Positions 46,777 to 55,862 of a DNA stretch of 64,000 bases are shown here, in pieces. The stretch's first letter is position 1, and every line of letters starts with the position of its first letter. The notes below the pieces were generated by a model, which saw only the letters and a program-made list of their open reading frames with translations, was not told the DNA's origin and ran no database searches. The stretch spans positions 56,703-120,702 of the forward strand of contig JADILW010000066.1 of NCBI GenBank assembly GCA_017695095.1, written 5' to 3'. The DNA is from Candidatus Cryptobacteroides avistercoris (lineage in GTDB: Bacteria > Bacteroidota > Bacteroidia > Bacteroidales > UBA932). Both the position numbers and the translations under genes were made by a program.

Positions 46777-47772
46777 TTACGCGTACCTCCGCAGAATCTC
46801 CTCGAAGATGAGCTCCAGTTCCGCGGGGTCGAGAGTGGTGACCATGCGCATGCGCAGCTCCTTGAAGTCCGGCAGGCCCTTGAAATAGTTGCTCAGATGC
46901 CGGCGCATCTCGTAGATGCCGCGCGGCTCCCCCTTGTATTTCAGCGACAGCGCGAGATGCTGCCGGGCGAGCGCCACCTTTTCGGCCACCGACGGCTCCG
47001 GCATAGGTTCGCCGTGCTCCATATAATATTTTATCTCCCGGAAGATCCAGGGATGGCCGAAGCTCGCGCGGCCTATCATGATACCGTCGACCCCGTAGGT
47101 CTCGAAAGCCCGCAGGGCCGAGGGGCCGTCGGTGATGTCGCCGTTGCCGATGATCGGGATGTGCATGCGGGGGTTGTTCTTCACCTCGCCGATCAGCGTC
47201 CAGTCCGCGGAGCCCTTGTACATCTGGCAGCGCGTGCGCCCGTGGATCGTGAGAGCCTGTATGCCCACGTCCTGAAGGCGTTCGGCGAGTTCGACTATGA
47301 TCTTGGAGCTGTCGTCCCAGCCGAGCCGGGTCTTCACCGTGACGGGTTTGCCGACGGCTTCCACCACGGCCTTGGTGATCGCCACCATCTTGTCGGGGTA
47401 GCGCATCATGCCCGAACCCGCGCCGCGTCCGGCTATCTTGGTGACCGGGCAGCCGAAGTTGATGTCTATCACGTCGGCCCCGTGGCCTCCGGCTAACTCG
47501 GCGGCGCGGTCGGCCATTCTTGCGGCCTCCACCATGGACTCGGGGATGTGGCCGTAGATCTGTATGCCCACGGGCGCCTCCTCTTCGGCGGTGCGCAGTT
47601 TCGCAAGCGCCTTGGCGGCGTCGCGTATCAGGCCGTCGGAGGGGATGAACTCGGTATACACCATGTCGGCCCCCTGTTCGCGGCAGAGCAGCCGGAAGGA
47701 GAGGTCGGTGATGTCTTCCATCGGAGCCAGCAGCAGCGGGCGTTCGCCAAGGTCGAGATTTCCGATTTTCAT
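46777..47772 (-). CDS. dusB: tRNA-dihydrouridine synthase
   Basis: MKIGNLDLGERPLLLAPMEDITDLSFR... and the NFGCP catalytic Cys motif. I chose the ATG at 47772. Confidence 0.9.
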   Translation of the reverse strand: MKIGNLDLGERPLLLAPMEDITDLSFRLLCREQGADMVYTEFIPSDGLIRDAAKALAKLRTAEEEAPVGIQIYGHIPESMVEAARMADRAAELAGGHGADVIDINFGCPVTKIAGRGAGSGMMRYPDKMVAITKAVVEAVGKPVTVKTRLGWDDSSKIIVELAERLQDVGIQALTIHGRTRCQMYKGSADWTLIGEVKNNPRMHIPIIGNGDITDGPSALRAFETYGVDGIMIGRASFGHPWIFREIKYYMEHGEPMPEPSVAEKVALARQHLALSLKYKGEPRGIYEMRRHLSNYFKGLPDFKELRMRMVTTLDPAELELIFEEILRRYA

Positions 47773-47822
47773 AGACTGCAAAAATACAAAATGAACACGG
47801 AAAAAACTTATCTTTGTGTTAT

Positions 47823-49589
47823 ATGGAAAATATCTACCGGGAGAGAATCGAAAGGCTGCGCGAGCTCATGAGAGCCAAGGACTGGGACGCCGTGCTGATC
47901 ACGGGCGGCGACCCCCACGGCAGCGAATATCCGGCCGAGCGCTGGAAGCAGGTGCAGTGGCTGAGCGGCTTCACCGGGGAGGCCGGCGACCTCGTCGTGA
48001 CCCTCGACCATGCGGGTCTCTGGACCGATACCCGCTATTTCATCCAGGCGGTGCGGCAGCTCGAAGGCACCGGAGTGGAGCTTCACAAGACCCGCGTGCC
48101 GGAGCAGGTGCTGATTCCCGAATGGCTCGGACGGCAGTTCGGAGGTGACGGCATCATAGCCGTGGACGGGCTCTGCACGGGGGTGGACTTCGCCAGGAGC
48201 ATTCCGGGGACGGTCGTCGGCGTGCCGGACATCCTCTCCCTGCTCTGGACCGACAGGCCTGAGATCCCCCATACGCCGGTGTTCACCGTGCAGGCCGGCG
48301 AGAGCCGCGAGTCCAAACTGGACTGGCTGCGCGACCGGCTTGCCGACATGGGCTGCGACGGCATGCTGCTCACCGCGCTGGACGAGATAGCATGGCTGCT
48401 CAACGTCAGAGGCGCCGACATAGAATACAATCCGCTGGTGATCAGCTATCTGCTCGTCACCTCCGGCGGAGCCGAATGGTATGAGGCCAAGGGAGGGGAG
48501 GAAGATCCCCAGACGGCTGCAACCGTCAGCATCCTGGAGTCGGAGGGAGTCGCGGTGCTGCCCTATTCCGAGATCGGAGAGGCGCTGCGCGGATTCTCCG
48601 GCAGACTTTTCGTGGACACTTCCACCCTCAACTGGAGCCTCTATGAGGAGCTTTCGAGCGCCGGGACCAGGCTGCTCGAGGGCACCAGTCCGGTGGGTCT
48701 GCGGAAGGCGGTGAAGAACGAATTCGAGATCGAGGGGATGCGCGGCATCCACATCAAGGACGGACTCGCGATGGAACGCTTCCTCTACTGGCTCGAGAAG
48801 TCGGTGCAGGGAGGCAGGGAGATCAGCGAATGGGACGCCGCGGTGATGCTGGGCAGATTCCGCTCCGAGATTCCCGAGTATATGGGCGACAGCTTCGAGA
48901 CCATCTCCGCCTACGGACCCTCGGCCGCCCTTCCCCACTATGTGACGCCGCGCGAAGGTTCGCCGGTGCTCTGCGAGCAGGGCCTGTATCTCTGCGATTC
49001 GGGCGGACAGTACAGCTGCGGCACCACCGACATCACGCGCACCGTGCCTCTCGGAGAGTGCAGCCAGCTCGAGAAGGAGGACTACACCCTCGTGCTCAAG
49101 GGCCACATAGCCCTGGCGATGGCGGTGTTCCCGGCCGGAACCGCAGGCTGCCAGATTGACGCCCTCGCGCGCGAGCCTCTCTGGCGAAGCTACCGCAATT
49201 TCGGCCACGGCACCGGGCACGGCATAGGATATTTCCTCGGAGTCCACGAAGGCCCCCAGGACATCAGGCAGAACTTCAACTCCACGCCGCTGCTTCCCGG
49301 AATGATAACTTCCGACGAGCCGGGCATCTACCGCGAGGGCCGGCACGGCGTCCGCCACGAGAACCTGCTGCTCTGCGTCGACGCCGGCAGCAATGAATTC
49401 GGCTCCTGGAGGGCGTTCGAGACTCTCACCCTCTGCCATTTCGACACCTCGGCCCTGCTTCCGGAGCTGCTGGACGCCGATGAGAGGAAATGGCTGAATT
49501 CCTACAACGACCGGGTGTTCGCCACCCTCGGCAGGCTGCTTCCCGCCGAAGAGCGCGAGTGGCTCTATTCCAAGACGAGACCTATTTGA
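47823..49589 (+). CDS. aminopeptidase P family protein (M24, with creatinase-type N-domains)
   Basis: 589 aa. C-terminal pita-bread domain with FGHGTGHGIGYFLGVHEGP and SDEPGIY motifs. Confidence 0.88.
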   Translation: MENIYRERIERLRELMRAKDWDAVLITGGDPHGSEYPAERWKQVQWLSGFTGEAGDLVVTLDHAGLWTDTRYFIQAVRQLEGTGVELHKTRVPEQVLIPEWLGRQFGGDGIIAVDGLCTGVDFARSIPGTVVGVPDILSLLWTDRPEIPHTPVFTVQAGESRESKLDWLRDRLADMGCDGMLLTALDEIAWLLNVRGADIEYNPLVISYLLVTSGGAEWYEAKGGEEDPQTAATVSILESEGVAVLPYSEIGEALRGFSGRLFVDTSTLNWSLYEELSSAGTRLLEGTSPVGLRKAVKNEFEIEGMRGIHIKDGLAMERFLYWLEKSVQGGREISEWDAAVMLGRFRSEIPEYMGDSFETISAYGPSAALPHYVTPREGSPVLCEQGLYLCDSGGQYSCGTTDITRTVPLGECSQLEKEDYTLVLKGHIALAMAVFPAGTAGCQIDALAREPLWRSYRNFGHGTGHGIGYFLGVHEGPQDIRQNFNSTPLLPGMITSDEPGIYREGRHGVRHENLLLCVDAGSNEFGSWRAFETLTLCHFDTSALLPELLDADERKWLNSYNDRVFATLGRLLPAEEREWLYSKTRPI

Positions 49590-49591
49590 CC

Positions 49592-50716
49592 ATGATAGAC
49601 AGAATATTGCTCTTCCCCTACTACCTGATTCTCAAGTGGAGGGACAGATACTACAGCAAACCCGGACGCAAGTTCTACACGCCCGCCGTGCCTTCGCTCT
49701 GCGTGGGCAACGTGACTGCCGGCGGCACAGGAAAGACTCCCATGGTGGAGCTGGTGCTCAGAACCCTGCAGGACAGCGAGGAATGGGATGACAAGAACCT
49801 CGCCGTGCTCTCCCGCGGCTACAAGCGCGAGAGCAGGGGCTTCCAGCAGGTGGTGGCCGACGGAGCGGCGTCGATGTTCGGCGACGAACCCCTGCAGATA
49901 AAGAAGAAGTTCCCCGGGGTGACGGTCGCAGTGGACAAGAACAGGGTGGAGGGCTGCGAGTTCCTGCAGCACCCCGAGAGGCTGGCCTCCGGCAAGAACG
50001 CGAAGAAATGCTGGTACCGGGAGTTTCCCGCGGCCGACTTCATAGTGTTCGACGACGCCTTCCAGTACAGGAAGCTCAAGGCCGCGAGGACCATGGTGCT
50101 CGTGGACTGGAACCGTCCGGTCAGCTCGGACATGCTGCTGCCTTTCGGCCGTCTGCGCGACCTTCCAGAAAGGGCGGGCGACGCCGACATCCTCGTGGTG
50201 ACCAAGTGCCCGGCCGAGCTGAACGCGGCTGAGCGGGAGGCCTTCGCGTCCAGGCTCGGAATCACCGGCTATTCTTCCGAGACCTGCGAGGGGGTGAGCG
50301 CGCGCGGACGCAGGCAGACAGTGCTGTTCGCGAAGATAAGGTACGGCCAGCCGGTGGGGGTCTACCCGAAGACCGAGGCCCGCTACGTCTACTCCAAGAA
50401 GATCATACTCGTGAGCGGAATCGCGAAGGACACGCCGCTGCGGGACTATCTCAGCGACTTCTACAAGATAGAGAAACGCTTCGGCTTCCCCGACCACCAC
50501 AAATACCGCTGGTCCGACATCACCAAGATCCAGATAGCCCTGCGCAAGAACCCCACCGCCTCAGTCTTCACTACCGAGAAGGACGCCCAGCGCCTGCTCG
50601 ACTTCCCCGGAATGCCCGAGGAGATTGCCGAGAGGCTGTTCATGGTGCCCATAGAAACAGAATTCCTCTCCGAGGTGGAGAGGAATGTGTTCAGGGACAG
50701 GATAGTGAGTCTCTGA
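49592..50716 (+). CDS. lpxK: tetraacyldisaccharide 4'-kinase
   Basis: Internal ATG at 49592 gives MIDRILLFPYYL... Contains the GNVTAGGTGKTP P-loop. Confidence 0.9.
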   Translation: MIDRILLFPYYLILKWRDRYYSKPGRKFYTPAVPSLCVGNVTAGGTGKTPMVELVLRTLQDSEEWDDKNLAVLSRGYKRESRGFQQVVADGAASMFGDEPLQIKKKFPGVTVAVDKNRVEGCEFLQHPERLASGKNAKKCWYREFPAADFIVFDDAFQYRKLKAARTMVLVDWNRPVSSDMLLPFGRLRDLPERAGDADILVVTKCPAELNAAEREAFASRLGITGYSSETCEGVSARGRRQTVLFAKIRYGQPVGVYPKTEARYVYSKKIILVSGIAKDTPLRDYLSDFYKIEKRFGFPDHHKYRWSDITKIQIALRKNPTASVFTTEKDAQRLLDFPGMPEEIAERLFMVPIETEFLSEVERNVFRDRIVSL

Positions 50717-50723
50717 GACCCGG

Positions 50724-51293
50724 CTATACCGTCATTATGTCTTTCTCCTTGAGGGAGACGTGGCCGTCGATGGTCTTCACCCAGTTGTCGGTGAGCTTCT
50801 GAACCTCGGCCTCGGCCTCCTTTTCGGCGTCCTCCGAAAGCCCGTCGTTCTTCTGGGCCTTCTTCAGGAGCTCGATTCCGTCGCGACGGGCGTTGCGCAC
50901 CACGATCTTGGCGTTCTCGCCGGCGGTCCTGGCCTTCTTGATGAGTTCCTTGCGGCGCTCCTCGGTGAGGGCGGGCACGGTGCAGCGTATCACTTCTCCG
51001 TTGTTCTGGGGAGTCATTCCGAGGTTGGCGTCGATGATGGCCTTCTCGATCTTGGAGATCATGCCTTTCTCCCAGGGCTGGATGGCGAGGGTCTTGGCGT
51101 CGGGCGCCGTGACTGAGGCCACCTGGGGGATGGGGGTGGGCGTGCCGTAGTAGTCGACGGTCACTCCGTTGAACACAAGGGGGTTGGCCTTGCCCACGCG
51201 GTAGGTCTTGAGATCTTCTTCCAGGAAGCTGACGGCTTCCTTCATCTTGGAATCGGTCAGATTGACGATTTCTTTGGCTCTGTCTGTCAACAT
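50724..51293 (-). CDS. frr: ribosome recycling factor
   Basis: 189 aa. Typical RRF sequence (PLVFNGVTVDYYGTPTPIPQVA) adjacent to pyrH. Confidence 0.95.
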   Translation of the reverse strand: MLTDRAKEIVNLTDSKMKEAVSFLEEDLKTYRVGKANPLVFNGVTVDYYGTPTPIPQVASVTAPDAKTLAIQPWEKGMISKIEKAIIDANLGMTPQNNGEVIRCTVPALTEERRKELIKKARTAGENAKIVVRNARRDGIELLKKAQKNDGLSEDAEKEAEAEVQKLTDNWVKTIDGHVSLKEKDIMTV

Positions 51294-51312
51294 ATCTTTT
51301 GCTTTTGTCTTG

Positions 51313-52011
51313 TCAGGCGTGTACGGTGGTTCCTATCTTCTCTCCGGCGAGAAGCCTGCCCAGGTTGCCTTTCTGCTCCACGTTGAACACCACTATGGGT
51401 ATGGGTCCCTGTTCGCAGAGGGCGAAGGCCGTGGCGTCCATGACCTTGAGGTGGTCGGCGAGGGCCTTGCTGAAGGTGAGCTCCTCGTATTTGACGGCCG
51501 CGGGGTCCTTCTCGGGGTCGGCGGTGTAGACTCCGTCGACGCGGGTGCCTTTCAGAAGCGCGTCGGCTCCTATCTCGAGCGCGCGGAGGGCGGCTCCGGA
51601 GTCGGTCGTGAAGAAAGGGTTGCCGGTGCCTCCGGAAATCAGGGCCACTCCGCCCTGCTCCAGCACCTTCACGGCGTCCTCCTTTCTGTAGTATCTGGCT
51701 ATCGGCTCCATCGGGGTCGCGGTGAAGACTTCGGCGGTGATTCCTTCGGAGCGCAGCGCGCAGGCGAGGCCGAGCGAATTGATCACCGTGGCCAGCATTC
51801 CCATCCTGTCGCCGGTGACTCTCTCGAAGCCCTTGCCGACGCCCTGGAGTCCGCGGAAGATGTTGCCGCCGCCGTTGACCACGGCTATCTGGTGGCCGGC
51901 TTTCACGGCCTCCGCTATCTCACGGGCGTATCCGACGAGGCTCTGGCCGTCTATCCCCCGGCCCTGGGGGCCTCCGAGGCTTTCGCCGCTGAGTTTAAGA
52001 AGTACTCTCAT
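51313..52011 (-). CDS. pyrH: UMP kinase
   Basis: MRVLLKLSGESLGG..., VVNGGGNIFRG. Uses the internal ATG at 52011. Confidence 0.95.
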   Translation of the reverse strand: MRVLLKLSGESLGGPQGRGIDGQSLVGYAREIAEAVKAGHQIAVVNGGGNIFRGLQGVGKGFERVTGDRMGMLATVINSLGLACALRSEGITAEVFTATPMEPIARYYRKEDAVKVLEQGGVALISGGTGNPFFTTDSGAALRALEIGADALLKGTRVDGVYTADPEKDPAAVKYEELTFSKALADHLKVMDATAFALCEQGPIPIVVFNVEQKGNLGRLLAGEKIGTTVHA

Positions 52012-52069
52012 ATCGCTTTCTTTGGATAACAAAAGTATTTGAAAATTATGAAACTTGCAAGATTAGGGC

Positions 52070-52077
52070 TATATTTG
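52070..52077 (+). promoter_or_regulatory. -7 box TATATTTG upstream of sdhC
   Basis: Exact TAnnTTTG followed by CAG, 42 nt before the ATG at 52119. No well-spaced -33 TTTG was seen. Confidence 0.4.
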
Positions 52078-52118
52078 CAGCCTGTGGAATACAACATCCG
52101 AGACTAAATATCAGAAAA

Positions 52119-52844
52119 ATGTTCATATTCAATTCATCAATCGGCAAGAAATTCGTCCAGGCAGTGAGCGGCGCGTTTCTTATCATCTTCCTGCTTCTCC
52201 ACACCACCATCAACTTCTTCTCGGTGATCGACTCATGCACCGGCAAGTTCGGCGCGGTGGCTGCTGACGACAAGCTGTTCAGCGCAGGAGACGGACTTTT
52301 CAAGCTGGGCTGCGACTTCATGTCGACCCCCGTCATCTCCATCCTGGTTCCGGTGCTCGCTCTCGGATTCCTGGTCCACATCATCTACGGATGCTGGCTC
52401 ACCTGGAAGAACATCAAGGCCCGCGGCGGCTACAAGCGCTACGAGGTCAAGAGCCGCGCCGCCACCGACTCATGGTCTGCCCGCAACATGTTCGTGCTCG
52501 GTCTGCTCATCATCCTGGGCATCGCCGTGCACCTCACCCACTTCTGGGCCTACATGCAGCTCCCCGAGATGTTCGGCATAGGCAATTATGAGGACAATCC
52601 CTACGACCTGCTCATGGCCACCTTCGGCAGCTGGTGGGTTCTCGCGATCTACCTCGTGTGGTTCGTGGTTCTCTGGTTCCACCTCACCCACGGCTTCTGG
52701 AGCATGTTCCAGACCGTAGGCTGGGACGGCAGCGTGTGGTTCAAGCGCATCAAGGTCATCGGCGTCATCGTAGCCACCCTGATCTGCGTGCTGCTCGCAG
52801 TAGTTGCAGTCAACGGATTCATCGAGGCCCGCATGCTCGCATAG
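52119..52844 (+). CDS. sdhC: succinate dehydrogenase/fumarate reductase cytochrome b subunit (Bacteroidota FrdC type)
   Basis: 241 aa, five predicted TM helices. Conserved His contexts LLHTTINFF, LVHIIYG, VHLTHFW and FHLTHGFWS. The N-terminal NSSIGKKFVQAVSG resembles Bacteroides FrdC as I remember it. Confidence 0.8.
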   Translation: MFIFNSSIGKKFVQAVSGAFLIIFLLLHTTINFFSVIDSCTGKFGAVAADDKLFSAGDGLFKLGCDFMSTPVISILVPVLALGFLVHIIYGCWLTWKNIKARGGYKRYEVKSRAATDSWSARNMFVLGLLIILGIAVHLTHFWAYMQLPEMFGIGNYEDNPYDLLMATFGSWWVLAIYLVWFVVLWFHLTHGFWSMFQTVGWDGSVWFKRIKVIGVIVATLICVLLAVVAVNGFIEARMLA

Positions 52845-52878
52845 GAAGCACGGTTTTTGATTTTCAGAAATATTTGAT

Positions 52879-52886
52879 TATCTTTG
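52879..52886 (+). promoter_or_regulatory. -7 box TATCTTTG upstream of rplM
   Basis: Exact TAnnTTTG, with a TTTG about 19 nt upstream. Confidence 0.45.
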
Positions 52887-52920
52887 CGACCCCTATTTTG
52901 TGTAGGGATCGCAATTTTTA
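52886..52920 (+). terminator. hairpin GCGACCCCTA...TAGGGATCGC plus AATTTTTA in the rplM leader
   Basis: 9 of 10 bp stem directly after the -7 box, then a T-rich run, 24 nt before the rplM GTG. Confidence 0.45.
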
Positions 52921-52943
52921 TTAACTATTTAAAGATCAAGACA

Positions 52944-53396
52944 GTGGACACACAAAGCTACAAAACGGTATCGCTGAACAAGGCGACCGTTGACAAAAAG
53001 TGGGTCGTGATTGACGCTACTGATCTCGCTCTTGGTCGTCTCGCATCCCGCGTGGCGCTCGTTCTTCGTGGCAAGAACAAGCCCGGGTTCACCCCCAACG
53101 TCGACTGCGGTGACAATGTCATCGTCGTCAACGCCGAGAAGGTGTCGCTCAGCGGAAAGAAGATGACCGACCGTGTCTATACACGCTACACCGGATACCC
53201 CGGCGGACAGCGTTTCACGACACCCAAGGAGATCCTCGAGAAGAGACCCACCGAACTCGTCAGGAGAGCTGTTAAGGGTATGCTCCCCAAGACCCGCCTC
53301 GGAGCTGATCTGCTTGGCAACCTGTACATCTACGCAGGCCCCGAGCATCCTCACCAGGCACAGAACCCTAAAGTTATCAAGTTGGACGAAATTTAA
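52944..53396 (+). CDS. rplM: 50S ribosomal protein L13
   Basis: GTG start gives (M)DTQSYKTVSLNKATVDKKWVVIDA..., matching the usual L13 N-terminus. The track ORF extension upstream looks spurious. Confidence 0.93.
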   Translation: MDTQSYKTVSLNKATVDKKWVVIDATDLALGRLASRVALVLRGKNKPGFTPNVDCGDNVIVVNAEKVSLSGKKMTDRVYTRYTGYPGGQRFTTPKEILEKRPTELVRRAVKGMLPKTRLGADLLGNLYIYAGPEHPHQAQNPKVIKLDEI

Positions 53397-53405
53397 ACAG
53401 AGCAA

Positions 53406-53795
53406 ATGGAACAGACACACGCCCTTGGAAGACGTAAAGCAGCTGTGGCTCGCGTTTATCTCACGGCCGGCACAGGCAACATCACCGTCAACGACCGCCC
53501 TCTCGAGACCTATTTCCCTCTCGAGTCGCTCCGTTACGTTGTGAACCAGCCTTTTGAAGTTACCGGAACCCTCGGTCAGTTCGATGTCAAGGTCACCATC
53601 AACGGCGGCGGCATCAAGGGACAGGCCGAAGCCATCCGTCTCGGTATCTCCCGTGCCCTCTGCGAGGTGAACAAAGAAGCATATCGTTCTGCACTCAAGG
53701 CGGCAGGCTTCCTCACCCGCGATTCCCGCGAGGTTGAGCGCAAGAAGCCCGGTCAGCCCGGTGCACGTCGCCGCTTCCAGTTCAGCAAACGTTAG
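53406..53795 (+). CDS. rpsI: 30S ribosomal protein S9
   Basis: 129 aa ending [12 protein letters not shown]. Confidence 0.96.
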   Translation: MEQTHALGRRKAAVARVYLTAGTGNITVNDRPLETYFPLESLRYVVNQPFEVTGTLGQFDVKVTINGGGIKGQAEAIRLGISRALCEVNKEAYRSALKAAGFLTRDSREVERKKPGQPGARRRFQFSKR

Positions 53796-53951
53796 TCATA
53801 TCGTTGTTTTACGGCACAGCAGCGGTTATCAAACCATCCAGGAGATGGCTGCCCTGCTGCGGAAAAGGCCGGAGACCGGAACTCCGCTACTCCGCCTTGA
53901 AGAAAAGAGACCCCGGAACGGGGACAGTTTACAAAAAACAGAAACACAAAA

Positions 53952-54791
53952 ATGTCACGCACAAATTTCCAAGAATTGCTTGATGCAGGTGTTCATTTCG
54001 GTCACCTGGCCAGGAAGTGGAACCCCAAGATGGCTCCCTACATCTTCGACCAGAAGAACGGAATCCATGTGATCGACCTGCGCAAGACGGTCGTCAAGAT
54101 AGACGAGGCGGCCGAGGAGATGAAGCAGCTGGCAAAGTCCGGCCGCAAGATTCTCTTCGTAGCCACCAAGAAGCAGGCGAAGGATATTGTCAAGGAAAAG
54201 GCGACAGCCGTCAATATGCCTTCAATCACCGAGCGCTGGGCTGGTGGCATGCTTACCAACTTCCCTACTATCCGCAAGGCTGTCAAGAAGATGTCCACCA
54301 TCGACAAGATGAAGGAGGACGGAACCTTTGACAAGCTCGCAAAGAGAGAGCGCCTTCAGGTTGACCGCCAGAGGGCCAAGCTTGAGAAGAACCTCGGTTC
54401 AATCCGCGACATGAGCCGTCTGCCGTCAGCACTTTTCATCGTCGACGTGCAGAAGGAGGCCAACGCGGTGAAAGAGGCCAACCGTCTCAACATCCCGGTA
54501 TTCGCAATGGTTGATACTTGTTGCGATCCCACCCCTATTGATTATGTGATACCGGCAAACGACGATGCCGTGAACTCAATCGAGTGCATCGTCGACATTC
54601 TTTGCAAAGCCATTCAGGAAGGCCTTGAGGAGCGCAAGCTCGAGAAGGACAAGGAGGCAGCCGCCACGGACGAGAACGCCGTGAAGCCCGCCGCATCCCG
54701 CAAGCTCCGCGCCCGCAAGGGCGGCAAGCCCGCGGATGAGGCTGCGGCCGAAGAGCCTGCAGAGACCGCCGAAGAGGCGAAAGCCGAATAA
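53952..54791 (+). CDS. rpsB: 30S ribosomal protein S2
   Basis: 279 aa. LLDAGVHFGHLARKWNPKM. Acidic/Ala-rich C-terminal tail. Confidence 0.96.
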   Translation: MSRTNFQELLDAGVHFGHLARKWNPKMAPYIFDQKNGIHVIDLRKTVVKIDEAAEEMKQLAKSGRKILFVATKKQAKDIVKEKATAVNMPSITERWAGGMLTNFPTIRKAVKKMSTIDKMKEDGTFDKLAKRERLQVDRQRAKLEKNLGSIRDMSRLPSALFIVDVQKEANAVKEANRLNIPVFAMVDTCCDPTPIDYVIPANDDAVNSIECIVDILCKAIQEGLEERKLEKDKEAAATDENAVKPAASRKLRARKGGKPADEAAAEEPAETAEEAKAE

Positions 54792-54818
54792 AGTTCCATT
54801 AGTTTAGAGACAGATATT

Positions 54819-55814
54819 ATGGCAATTACAGCAGCAGACGTAATGAAGTTACGTAAGATGACTTCTGCGGGAATGATGGACTGCAAGAAGGCCCTCGAGG
54901 AAGCCGGCGGCGACTTCGACAAGGCCATCGGCATCATTCGTGAGAAAGGCAAGCTCGTTGCGGCCAAGCGCGCGGACCGCGAGACTTCCGAGGGTGCGGT
55001 GAAGAGCCGCATCGCAGGCGGAAAGGCTCTCCTCGTGTGCCTTGGCTGCGAGACCGATTTCGTGTCGCGCAACGCTGACTTCCAGAACCTGGCCAACGCC
55101 ATCGCAGATGTCGCCATCGCACAGTGCCCCGCCGACATCGAGGCCCTGAAGGCCTGCCGCATGCCCGACGGCTACACCGTCGAGGAGGCAGTGGAGGCCC
55201 AGACCGGAAAGACCGGCGAGAAGCACGTGCTTGCATACTACGCACTCATCGAGGCTCCCTACGTGGCCGAGTATGTACATACTCTGAACGGAAAGCTCGG
55301 AGCTATCGTCGGATTCAACAAGGAGGTTCCCGCCGAGCTCGCAAAGGGCATCGTTATGCAGGTCGCTTCCATGAATCCCGTAGCCGTTTCTCCTGAGGAG
55401 TGCCCCCAGTCAGTCATCGACAACGAGCTCAAGGTGGCCGTTGAGAAGACCAGGGAGGAGCTCGTGCAGAAGGCGGTCAACGCCGCTCTCGAGAAGGCCG
55501 GAATCAATCCCGCCCACGTCGACAGCGAGGACCATATCGAGTCCAACACCGCCAAGGGATGGCTTACTCCCGAGCAGGCTGACAAGGCCCGTGAGATCAT
55601 CAAGACCGTTTCCGAGCAGAAGGCCGCAAGCCTTCCCGAGCAGATGGTCAACAACATCGCCCACGGACGTCTGCAGAAGTTCTTCAAGGAGCAGACCCTG
55701 ATGGAGCAGGAGTACCAGATGGGCGACGGCAAGCAGTCCGTGAAGGATGTCATCGCCGCTGTCGACAAGGACATCAAGGTCCTCAGCTTCAAGCGCTTCT
55801 CTCTCAACGACTAA
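54819..55814 (+). CDS. tsf: elongation factor Ts
   Basis: 331 aa with the UBA-like start ADVMKLRKMTSAGMMDCKKALEE. Confidence 0.96.
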   Translation: MAITAADVMKLRKMTSAGMMDCKKALEEAGGDFDKAIGIIREKGKLVAAKRADRETSEGAVKSRIAGGKALLVCLGCETDFVSRNADFQNLANAIADVAIAQCPADIEALKACRMPDGYTVEEAVEAQTGKTGEKHVLAYYALIEAPYVAEYVHTLNGKLGAIVGFNKEVPAELAKGIVMQVASMNPVAVSPEECPQSVIDNELKVAVEKTREELVQKAVNAALEKAGINPAHVDSEDHIESNTAKGWLTPEQADKAREIIKTVSEQKAASLPEQMVNNIAHGRLQKFFKEQTLMEQEYQMGDGKQSVKDVIAAVDKDIKVLSFKRFSLND

Positions 55815-55862
55815 TCCGAAAGGACTCTATAGAGAAAGGGCGGCCGTCCGGCCGCCCTTTTC

